Of a DNA stretch of 64,000 bases, positions 10,812-19,367 are shown piece by piece. The notes beneath the pieces were generated by a model, which saw only the letters and a list, made by a program, of their open reading frames with translations, was not told the DNA's origin and did not search any database. The stretch comes from Promethearchaeota archaeon (lineage in GTDB: Archaea; Asgardarchaeota; Lokiarchaeia; Sigyniarchaeales; SOKP01): the NCBI GenBank assembly GCA_016840085.1, contig JAEOTA010000088.1:1-64000 (forward strand), written 5' to 3'. Position numbers and translations under genes: made by a program. Position 1 is the first letter of the stretch. Each line of letters opens with the position of its first letter.

Positions 10812-11561
10812 GTGACAATGTGTTCTATAAAATTAGTTGGATTCGATTTAGATGACTGTCTATTTGATTCAACAGGATTATCTGATAGAGCTAGAATTAA
10901 GGGAATTGAAGCAATGATCTCACTTGGCTTAGATATACAAAGACAAAAAGCAATTAAAATATTAAAAGAAATTGTCAACGAATATGGCTCTAATTCTTCA
11001 AAACACTATAATTATTTCATACGTAGATTAAATCAAATAGATGATGATGTAGAATATATTTCTTATAATGACCAATACAAGTATATAGCTTCCGCTGTTA
11101 TGGCATATCATGCAGAGAAAATCAACTCAATTAAATTATATGATGACGTTGAAGAATGCTTGCTAAAATTAAAAAAAAAATCCATTAAAACAGCTATTAT
11201 AACAGATGGTATTCCAATTAAGCAGTATGAAAAGATTTTACGGCTTAAAATTGATATCTTAATAGATTTAGTTGTAATTTCAGATGAAATAGGAATTAAA
11301 AAACCAAATCCAGAATTATTTAATTATTGTTTAAAAAAATTTGGGGTTAATGGTTCTGAAACGATTTATGTCGGAGACCGAATTGATAAAGATATAATTC
11401 CTTCTAATTTCAATGGAATTTTTAGTGTTTATATTCATAGAGGTGGAAAATATGACACTTATAAAGCAGATTCAAAATTCAAAGAAGAATTGAAACCTAA
11501 TTTTGAAATTACTGATTTAAATCAAATATTTGACATTATTGATGTTATAAATCAAAAATAA
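10812..11561 (+). CDS. HAD-superfamily hydrolase
   Basis: FDLDDCL, ITDG, KKPNP, YVGDR..KDI. Confidence 0.9.
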   Translation: MTMCSIKLVGFDLDDCLFDSTGLSDRARIKGIEAMISLGLDIQRQKAIKILKEIVNEYGSNSSKHYNYFIRRLNQIDDDVEYISYNDQYKYIASAVMAYHAEKINSIKLYDDVEECLLKLKKKSIKTAIITDGIPIKQYEKILRLKIDILIDLVVISDEIGIKKPNPELFNYCLKKFGVNGSETIYVGDRIDKDIIPSNFNGIFSVYIHRGGKYDTYKADSKFKEELKPNFEITDLNQIFDIIDVINQK

Positions 11562-11581
11562 TCTATTGGCTAATATTATAT

Positions 11582-12403
11582 ATGAAAGTTGCTTGCCTTC
11601 AACCCAGGATTCTTCAAGATAGAACTAAATGTTATCTTGAAATTGAGCAGATTTTAAAAAGCTTATTAAAAAAATGTAATAAATGTGATATTGTATGTCT
11701 ACCTGAAAGGTGGGCTCCATTTTTTAAAGATACATCTAAAAATTTCCAGAAAGAGAGAAGTAATGATTATCATTTTATTAAAAATCTAGCTAAAAATTAT
11801 AATATTAAAATTATTTCAGGAGCAATTTGGGAAAGAAGAACTAATGTAGGAAAACCAATTATTACATGTTATTTTTTTAATGAAAACGGAGAAGAAATAG
11901 GCAGACAAGATAAGTTACATCTCTATTCTTATGAAAGAGAGCAATTTGAATCTGGTGAGGAGTTAAAAATATTTAAATTAAATAATTCAGATTATTTCGC
12001 GATTCTTATTTGTTTTGATATGGCTTTTTTCGAAACACCTCGATTAGCCGTCGAAAATGGAGCAAGTATCTTATTTTCTCCCACTCAAATAAGAGAAGAT
12101 GGAATGTATAATTGGGATATATATTTAAAAGCACGTGCTCTTGAAAATAGAGTGCCAATTGCAGCCTGCAATTCCGTTGGACACTATTTTAAAAGGAACT
12201 TCCTAGGAAACAGTAAAATTATTTCTTTTACTAAAGGAAAAATTTCTCCTTCTAAACTTAAGATTGTAGAAGGCCCTATTGATTCAAGCGGATTTATTTT
12301 TGATGAAGTTGATTTAATTTTTCCCAAAAAGCTAAGAAAAATTAGATTAAAAGAGAACATCGATAAGAATAAAATAAATGTGAAGATAATTAATAATTAT
12401 TAA
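11582..12403 (+). CDS. Carbon-nitrogen hydrolase (nitrilase family)
   Basis: E-K-C triad: LPE, DKLHL, ICFD; RALEN. Confidence 0.9.
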   Translation: MKVACLQPRILQDRTKCYLEIEQILKSLLKKCNKCDIVCLPERWAPFFKDTSKNFQKERSNDYHFIKNLAKNYNIKIISGAIWERRTNVGKPIITCYFFNENGEEIGRQDKLHLYSYEREQFESGEELKIFKLNNSDYFAILICFDMAFFETPRLAVENGASILFSPTQIREDGMYNWDIYLKARALENRVPIAACNSVGHYFKRNFLGNSKIISFTKGKISPSKLKIVEGPIDSSGFIFDEVDLIFPKKLRKIRLKENIDKNKINVKIINNY

Positions 12404-12418
12404 ACGTTAAAAATTTTA

Positions 12419-13384
12419 GTGTGTAATATGAAAAGTTTTAACGAGCTCAAAAAGATACTCTTCTGTGGTTTAGCAAATGGGGGAAAAACCTCAATTCTAT
12501 TAACCTTAGATAGAAAATTCAGTTTATTGACTACTGTTAAACCTACAATAAAAGCTAAAAGAAGTGTATATACAAATTCATTACTGGGGGTCTCAATTAT
12601 CAGATGGGATTTAGGAGGTCAAAAAGGTTATAGGAAAATTTACTTAGAAAATAAAAGTAAATATTTTACAGATATGCAATCAATATTTTACGTAATAGAT
12701 ATTCAATCTTCCGAACATTTTAAAGAAGATTTAATTTATCTTAAAGATATTGTAAATATCATGTCTACTTCTCATCAAGATAATTTTCAGTTCTTAATCT
12801 TACTCCATAAATGTGATCCTGATATAAAAAAAACTAAAAATATTATGACTAAGATTAACTACTTAAAAATTAAAATTCCAACAATAATTAATGATTTGAA
12901 ATTCACTATATATACAACTTCTATTTATGATGAACCAAGTTTATTAAAAGCATTTTCTGATGGTGCTTTTTATGCTACTCATAAATCTAAGATGTTTCAA
13001 ACATTATTAAAAGATTATATGGGTAAAACTTATAGTAGTGCTACTCTCTTATTAGATCAGAATTGTTTTATAATTGCAAGCAGATCTACAAATGAAAACT
13101 ATCAAAGAATTTGCGAAGCAATTGCTCCAAGATTAACACAAGCATTAGAAAAATTAGAAGAATGGGATATAAATACTATAGATATAGTCACAAATATTGA
13201 TTTTTCAGAAAAACACTCAGATTTCCAAAAAGAAGGCATCATTTTTCTAAGAAAAATGGATATTATTGAAACTAGATTTTATCTTGTTGCACTCTGTTTA
13301 AATAAAAATGTAAAAATCAAATCTTATGAATATTTACCATTATTGGCTAATAATCTACAAAATTTATTAGAAAGTTTTGAATGA
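12419..13384 (+). CDS. Rag/Gtr-like small GTPase with C-terminal roadblock/longin-like domain
   Basis: GLANGGKTS, WDLGGQ, HKCD (Rag-type G4), TSIYD (Rag-type G5), ~130 aa C-terminal domain. Confidence 0.8.
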   Translation: MCNMKSFNELKKILFCGLANGGKTSILLTLDRKFSLLTTVKPTIKAKRSVYTNSLLGVSIIRWDLGGQKGYRKIYLENKSKYFTDMQSIFYVIDIQSSEHFKEDLIYLKDIVNIMSTSHQDNFQFLILLHKCDPDIKKTKNIMTKINYLKIKIPTIINDLKFTIYTTSIYDEPSLLKAFSDGAFYATHKSKMFQTLLKDYMGKTYSSATLLLDQNCFIIASRSTNENYQRICEAIAPRLTQALEKLEEWDINTIDIVTNIDFSEKHSDFQKEGIIFLRKMDIIETRFYLVALCLNKNVKIKSYEYLPLLANNLQNLLESFE

Positions 13385-13535
13385 CTCTTCCTCACTAAAT
13401 TAAGATGATGTTCTAGAATCTAAAGTTCTCTCTTATTTTCAATTATCTTAAAATTCATTTTTATTTCCAATGACCTCTCTGGGTGGGGTTTAAATACCTA
13501 CATATGAAATAAACTTAAAACAATGGTAAATATCA

Positions 13536-14726
13536 ATGGCTATAAATTCAAAATCTGACCCTATTTATATAGGTCCAAAAGCTATATTTGATCCGTATTA
13601 CGTACCCCCATGTATATTACATAGAAAAAGAGAACAAAAATTATTATATTCTCTCTTAACGGATTCTATTTCCGATGAGTTTTGCCTTAATATACTCTAT
13701 CAAGGAATTGATGGAATTGGGAAGAAAACAATTATAAATAAAGTGATTAATGATATTTCGATTCAAAATGAAGAGTATATGAATATTCATAAAATATCTA
13801 TTGATTGTAAAGAAAAAAATTTCGAGGAAATGACTTTTTCATTGATATCTGATTTGCTTATCCTTTCAAATCGCGAATTTAATATTGATTCAATTTTAAA
13901 TTCAAATATCTCACATATCTGGAATGTGTTTAAACTATTATGTCAAAAAAGTAATTACAACCTCTTTTTTATATTTAATAATATAGAATATCTAAAACCT
14001 GAGCTTTATAAAAAATTTCTCCATTTTGGAAAAGAAGCAAAAATTACTATGATATCAACTGTTAACAAAGTATTAAGACCACATACTATTGATATTTTAC
14101 AAGAATTCGATTTCAAAAATAAACTAAATTTCTTTACTTATCGTGAACTTTATTCTATTCTAAAACAAAGAGTTATGTTGACTTTTTCACATGATTTAGA
14201 TGATGATCTAATTAGATATATTACAGATTTGGTTTGCGAGCAATATGTACCAGTCCCAGGAAAAGGGATTGAAATTCTTCGAGATCTTTACCCCTTATTA
14301 AAAGATAAGAAGAATTATAAAAATTTTGAAGTAATGGAGAATTGTCAGAGTCATTTTGATCAATCCCAAATTTCTGACGAATTTAGTATGTTGAATTATA
14401 TTTCTGAAGAAAATTTATTAAATATTATCTTCTTGGATAATCTCTCAAATTATTTTATAAGTAAAATGGATTATTATATATCTTTGAATGAATTACATGA
14501 ATTATATAATATTTCTTGTGAATCTTTGACTTATAAAAAGAGTTTAACTGAATTTCGAACTATAACTAAAGAATTGTTGAATATTGGAATTTTAAAACTC
14601 TCAAAACAAGATTCTTGTGAAGATGATGGTTATTTTCATAATTTGAATTCGAACAGTAATTTATATTACATGTTAATAAGCCCTCATCAATTAAAAGCCA
14701 TTATTGATACTGTTTTTAACAATTAA
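13536..14726 (+). CDS. Divergent Orc1/Cdc6-like AAA+ protein
   Basis: FDPYYVP..ILHR..EQ, GIDGIGKK Walker A-like, Y...EL..ILKQRV, C-terminal wHTH; Walker B degenerate (FIFNNIE). Confidence 0.7.
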   Translation: MAINSKSDPIYIGPKAIFDPYYVPPCILHRKREQKLLYSLLTDSISDEFCLNILYQGIDGIGKKTIINKVINDISIQNEEYMNIHKISIDCKEKNFEEMTFSLISDLLILSNREFNIDSILNSNISHIWNVFKLLCQKSNYNLFFIFNNIEYLKPELYKKFLHFGKEAKITMISTVNKVLRPHTIDILQEFDFKNKLNFFTYRELYSILKQRVMLTFSHDLDDDLIRYITDLVCEQYVPVPGKGIEILRDLYPLLKDKKNYKNFEVMENCQSHFDQSQISDEFSMLNYISEENLLNIIFLDNLSNYFISKMDYYISLNELHELYNISCESLTYKKSLTEFRTITKELLNIGILKLSKQDSCEDDGYFHNLNSNSNLYYMLISPHQLKAIIDTVFNN

Positions 14727-14896
14727 TATTAATAAATTTCAAGGAAGTATTTAGTACTTCTTTAAAAAATACTACGTTCTAATAATTCAGAAAAACAGAA
14801 AATAATATCAGATTTTTTTATATACAAAACATGCCTATCATATATATAATGGTTTTACTCTATTTTTAATAATAAAGGAAGAAATGGAGAAAAATT

Positions 14897-17800
14897 TTGA
14901 CTTATATTAAGAAAATTTCTATGACGGGATTCAAATCATTTGGAGACCGTACTGTAACAATCAAACTTTCAAGTGGCTTTACTTGTATCGTAGGCCCAAA
15001 TGGAGCCGGTAAATCTAATATTATAGATGCGCTATGCTTCGCTTTAGGTAGATTGAGTAAAAAAACTATGAGAGCTAAGAGTTTAGAAGATTTAATATTT
15101 GCAGGTTCTAGAGGAAAAAATCCTTCTCAAAGAGCATCGGTAACAATGTATTTTGATAATTCAGAGAATGTTTTCCCAGGAGGTACAGAATCTTTTGAAA
15201 TTACTCGTGTTATAAAAAGGGGAGGGGGTGGTGGTTATAAGATGAATGGAAAAAAGTCTACTCGCCAACAGATTCTAAATGCATTAGCTGCTGCAAATAT
15301 TGATCCTGATGGTAGTAATCAATTCGTTTTACAAGGAAAAATTGTTGAATTAACACATATGAATGCGGAAGACCGAAGAAAATTTATTGAAGAACTTATA
15401 GGACTTCAAAAATATGATGAAATGAAAGATGTTACACTAAAAGAATTGGAAAAAGCAGAAAGAGATCTAGGACAGTTCGAAGCAATTTTTAATGAAGTAT
15501 CTTCTCAGCTTAAAAAAGTTGAAAAAGAAAAGAATGATGCGTTAGCGTGGAAAGAATTAGATGATCACATAAATTTTTTGAATTCACAATTAATAGCTTT
15601 AAAAATTTCAAAGTTAAGACAAGAAGAGGATGAATTAGAGAAAAAAATTGATAATTCTCTAAAAATTATCGAAGAATTGGAAGAAAAAATTGTTAGACAA
15701 GAAGATTTGCTAAAACAAGAATCACTTGTTATGGATAATATTCAAGTAACTATAAATGAAAAAGAAAAGGAGAGAGAGGAAATTACTGAAAAAATAACTC
15801 AGTTAAAGACCAAAATCTCTTCAAGTCAAACTACATTAAATCTAGCTAATAAGTCAATTGAGAAATTGACTCAAGAAATAAAAAATTTAGAAAATTTACA
15901 AATGGAGCTTGAAGAAGGGCAATCTATTGATTTTTTAATAGAAAAAGCTTCAAATGAAATTTCTGAAAATGAAAATCTTATTGAAGAATCTAAAAAGGAA
16001 ATAGAAAAAAGACAGCAAACTCAAGCTGAACTGGAGACAAAAATAAAAGATACTGATGAAGAAAAATCACAATTTAAGACTGAAATCTCAAGTGTTAAAC
16101 AAAATATATCGTCAAATAAGGCTCAAATAAAAGTTCTAAGAGAAAATATTATAAAGAATGAAGATAAGAAAACCAAATTAGAAAATGAATTGAATAAATT
16201 AAAAAGAGATGCAGAAAGCATAGATGATGCAATTGAAGATGCAAGAAAGACAGAAAAGGAAATTCGAAAACAAATTGATAATTTAAAGGTAAAAGTCTCA
16301 GAAGAAAACCAAAATAGAAAAGATTTGGAAAATAAAATAAATACACTTCAAGAAGAAAGAAATATTTTAAATGCAAATCTCGGAAATTTACAATCATCAT
16401 TATCATCTTTGAATACTGAGATTAATATGAATAACAGTAATATTCAAGATTTAAATAAGAAAAAAAATTCAATCGAGAAGAAAATTCAGGAATTAAGTAA
16501 GGGTAAAGACACTGAACAAGTTGTTAAAGAATTATTAAAAGAAAATGAAGACATTAATAAAACATTAACAGGATTAAGAGCAAAATTAAAGGAAGAAAAC
16601 TCAATTTACAAAAAAAATGAACAGAATCTAGAACTCTGGAAAATGAAAAAATATTCTATTGAGTCTGAAATTAATGATAATAAAGGAAAGATTGACAATA
16701 TTAATACTGAACTAAAAATATTTACAAAAGAATTAACTAAATTGGAAAGAGAAAAAAATAATTTAGACTCACAAGTTAATACACTTAATAAAAGTCTTTC
16801 AGATATCGAAAAGGATATAGAAAAATTTAGTTTAAAAAAAGAAAATATACGAAGGCGTTTGGAAGAACTTAAAAAAGAAAAGGAGAATCTCTTAAAAAAA
16901 ATTGAATCTTCAGAAGAAGAATACGAAAAAAATACAGAAGACATAACTGGAATCTTACAAATTTTAAACATGCTTACTCAAAACATAAATATATCAGTTG
17001 AGTCCATAAAAGGCAATATTCAACAGTCAAATGCCGAAGCAATAGAAGTATCAGCCGAAGATTTCAAAAAATTTATATTAGATATTGTAGATATAATGAA
17101 AACTATCGAAACACTCGGTAGTGATACAGAACAAACTGCCGAAATGTCAGAAATGCTCAGCTCGATAATGGAAACATTAAGTTTATTTACAGATAATGCT
17201 GATTCTACAATTAATCAACTAATTGAAAAAGTAAAAGAATCCGCTGATGTAGAAGTACAAGCATCAACTGCAACTTTTGATAGTTTTGTGCAAGATCTAA
17301 TGGAAATTCTTGAAAATGTGTATTTATCTTTAAGAAAGTTAACTATGTCTAAGAGTCAAGAACTATATAAACAATTAGAAGAAATTTCTGATACTATTAG
17401 TGCTCAAACTGATGATTTTAATGATGTTGAGAAAAAGTACACTGAAAATAATGTTCAGAATCAACATAGTACAGAAAACCTTTCAATATTTAATCGTAGA
17501 CTTGAAGAAATTAATAAAAGAATTCAAGAATTAAATACTAGAGCTGTGAAATCAGAAGAGGAAAACAATGAAAGAGATGCAAATATTAATGAAAGACAAA
17601 AAGAAATTGAAAATTTAGATGCAGATATTAAAAAACTAGTAGAACTTAAAGATACATATTGGGATAATATTTCTCAAATCCAAGATGATATCGAGAAAAA
17701 ACAAATAGAATTAGAAGCTTTGAGGGAAAAGTTACAAGAATTACATGGAATTCAAAATTTATTCGAAAACATTACTGATATTGATGAAAATATACAAAAA

Positions 17801-19351
17801 TTAAATAGTATGATCGATGAAAAGAAAAATCTGATTATTAATACTGAAAATAGTATTAAAAAAATTCAAGAAGACCAGAATTCTTTGCAAAATGAAATTG
17901 ATACTTACACTTTAAAAAAAGAAAAATTCTGGGAGATAACAGAATATATCCAGAAGCAAATTGAAGATAAAAATAGAGAATTAGAAGATACTATGGATCG
18001 TCTTAGGGCACTGGAAAATGTAATGAGAATAATCAATTCAATTGAAGATATTCAAAAGGAGAATGCAGATGCCAATAATAATATTGAAAAATGTTTGAAA
18101 GATATAGAGGTTTTTAACTCTCAGGTCGATGAAATTCAAAAAAGCGTTGATCAAAAGCAAGAAATAATAGATTCTCTTAGAAATGAAAAAACTAAAGAAT
18201 TAGAATCACAAAAAAAAGCGCAAAAGAAATTAAACAAACTGAATAAAGATTTACAGAAACAACAAGGAAATTTAAATGAGTTAAATAAGAATAAAGAAAG
18301 AGAACAGAAAATTATAGAATTAGGTGAAGAGATAAAAGACACAGAAAAACAAGTAGAATCTATATTGAAAGAATTAGAGAATTTAAAAGAAGAATTAGAT
18401 ACTGAAAATGAGAAAAAGGATACCAAACAAAAAGAAATTGATAAGTTTATTCAAGAAAAAGATGAATCGTGGAAAAAACAAAAGCAATGTCAAAAGATTA
18501 TTACAGATTTAAAATCAGATCTTTCAATGGAAAATTCTAAAAAGAATAACTTTGAATCTAAAAAAATTATATGTGCAGATCAAATAGAAACTTTATTTCA
18601 ACGATCAAAAGAATTTGGCTCATTACCAAGAGTAACTGAAGATCTTTCAGAACCAGGATTACAATCTGAAATATTAGAAGCAACCAAAAAGAAGAAAACT
18701 CTCGAACCTGTGAATTTAAAAGCTATTGAACAATATGATGCAGTAAAAGAAAGATTTGATGAAATTGATATGCGTAGACAAACAATACAGAGAGAACGAA
18801 AATCAATTTTAGATGCAATAGATAAAATAGAACTTGAAAAAACGAGAACATTCATGAAAGCATATCATGAGATTAACAGAGAATTTAGTAGGATTTTTCA
18901 AAAGCTCAGCCCTGGTGGTTCGGCTAAAATGATTTTAGATCGTCCTGATAAACCTTTTGAGGGAGGGATTAGTATTGAAGCTAGACCTCGTGGTAAAAAA
19001 ATATCAAGTTTAGAGATATTAAGTGGAGGAGAGAAGACTTTAGTTGCCTTATCTTTTATTTTTGCAGTTCAAGAATTTTACCCAGCACCTTTTTACGTTT
19101 TAGATGAGATCGATGCAGCCCTCGATGCTCCCAATGTCCATAGAGTCTCCATGTTGCTGAAGGAATTTGCCATACAAGCACAATTCTTGGTTATAAGTCA
19201 TAGGGAGGAAAATATTGTAAATGCGGATAGGATATACGGAGTATCCATGCAACAGTCGGGTATAACAGATATATTTAGTGTTGATTTGGAGGAGGAAGCA
19301 AAACGTATTTTAGAACTTGAGGATATCGAGCCCACCATTACGGAGAATTAA
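14897..19351 (+). CDS. smc: Chromosome segregation SMC ATPase (long, non-canonical hinge)
   Basis: GFKSF, GPNGAGKSN, VLQG, LSGGEK, LDEIDAALD, ISH; long coiled coils; scpA/scpB downstream. Confidence 0.93.
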   Translation: MTYIKKISMTGFKSFGDRTVTIKLSSGFTCIVGPNGAGKSNIIDALCFALGRLSKKTMRAKSLEDLIFAGSRGKNPSQRASVTMYFDNSENVFPGGTESFEITRVIKRGGGGGYKMNGKKSTRQQILNALAAANIDPDGSNQFVLQGKIVELTHMNAEDRRKFIEELIGLQKYDEMKDVTLKELEKAERDLGQFEAIFNEVSSQLKKVEKEKNDALAWKELDDHINFLNSQLIALKISKLRQEEDELEKKIDNSLKIIEELEEKIVRQEDLLKQESLVMDNIQVTINEKEKEREEITEKITQLKTKISSSQTTLNLANKSIEKLTQEIKNLENLQMELEEGQSIDFLIEKASNEISENENLIEESKKEIEKRQQTQAELETKIKDTDEEKSQFKTEISSVKQNISSNKAQIKVLRENIIKNEDKKTKLENELNKLKRDAESIDDAIEDARKTEKEIRKQIDNLKVKVSEENQNRKDLENKINTLQEERNILNANLGNLQSSLSSLNTEINMNNSNIQDLNKKKNSIEKKIQELSKGKDTEQVVKELLKENEDINKTLTGLRAKLKEENSIYKKNEQNLELWKMKKYSIESEINDNKGKIDNINTELKIFTKELTKLEREKNNLDSQVNTLNKSLSDIEKDIEKFSLKKENIRRRLEELKKEKENLLKKIESSEEEYEKNTEDITGILQILNMLTQNINISVESIKGNIQQSNAEAIEVSAEDFKKFILDIVDIMKTIETLGSDTEQTAEMSEMLSSIMETLSLFTDNADSTINQLIEKVKESADVEVQASTATFDSFVQDLMEILENVYLSLRKLTMSKSQELYKQLEEISDTISAQTDDFNDVEKKYTENNVQNQHSTENLSIFNRRLEEINKRIQELNTRAVKSEEENNERDANINERQKEIENLDADIKKLVELKDTYWDNISQIQDDIEKKQIELEALREKLQELHGIQNLFENITDIDENIQKLNSMIDEKKNLIINTENSIKKIQEDQNSLQNEIDTYTLKKEKFWEITEYIQKQIEDKNRELEDTMDRLRALENVMRIINSIEDIQKENADANNNIEKCLKDIEVFNSQVDEIQKSVDQKQEIIDSLRNEKTKELESQKKAQKKLNKLNKDLQKQQGNLNELNKNKEREQKIIELGEEIKDTEKQVESILKELENLKEELDTENEKKDTKQKEIDKFIQEKDESWKKQKQCQKIITDLKSDLSMENSKKNNFESKKIICADQIETLFQRSKEFGSLPRVTEDLSEPGLQSEILEATKKKKTLEPVNLKAIEQYDAVKERFDEIDMRRQTIQRERKSILDAIDKIELEKTRTFMKAYHEINREFSRIFQKLSPGGSAKMILDRPDKPFEGGISIEARPRGKKISSLEILSGGEKTLVALSFIFAVQEFYPAPFYVLDEIDAALDAPNVHRVSMLLKEFAIQAQFLVISHREENIVNADRIYGVSMQQSGITDIFSVDLEEEAKRILELEDIEPTITEN
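19130..19351 (+). repeat. Recoded smc 3' copy (left repeat)
   Basis: 35 of 66 identical-residue codons differ synonymously from 28401-28622. Confidence 0.9.
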
Positions 19352-19367
19352 TAAAAATGAGTTGAAT

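Noticed and set aside
16149-18855. Antisense ORFs inside smc (similar ones inside scpB, valS, VWA, coaBC, top6B/A, pyrE, mcm)
   Set aside because: Shadow frames of well-supported genes; Ser/Phe/Ile-rich mirror of Glu/Lys codons with no motifs.
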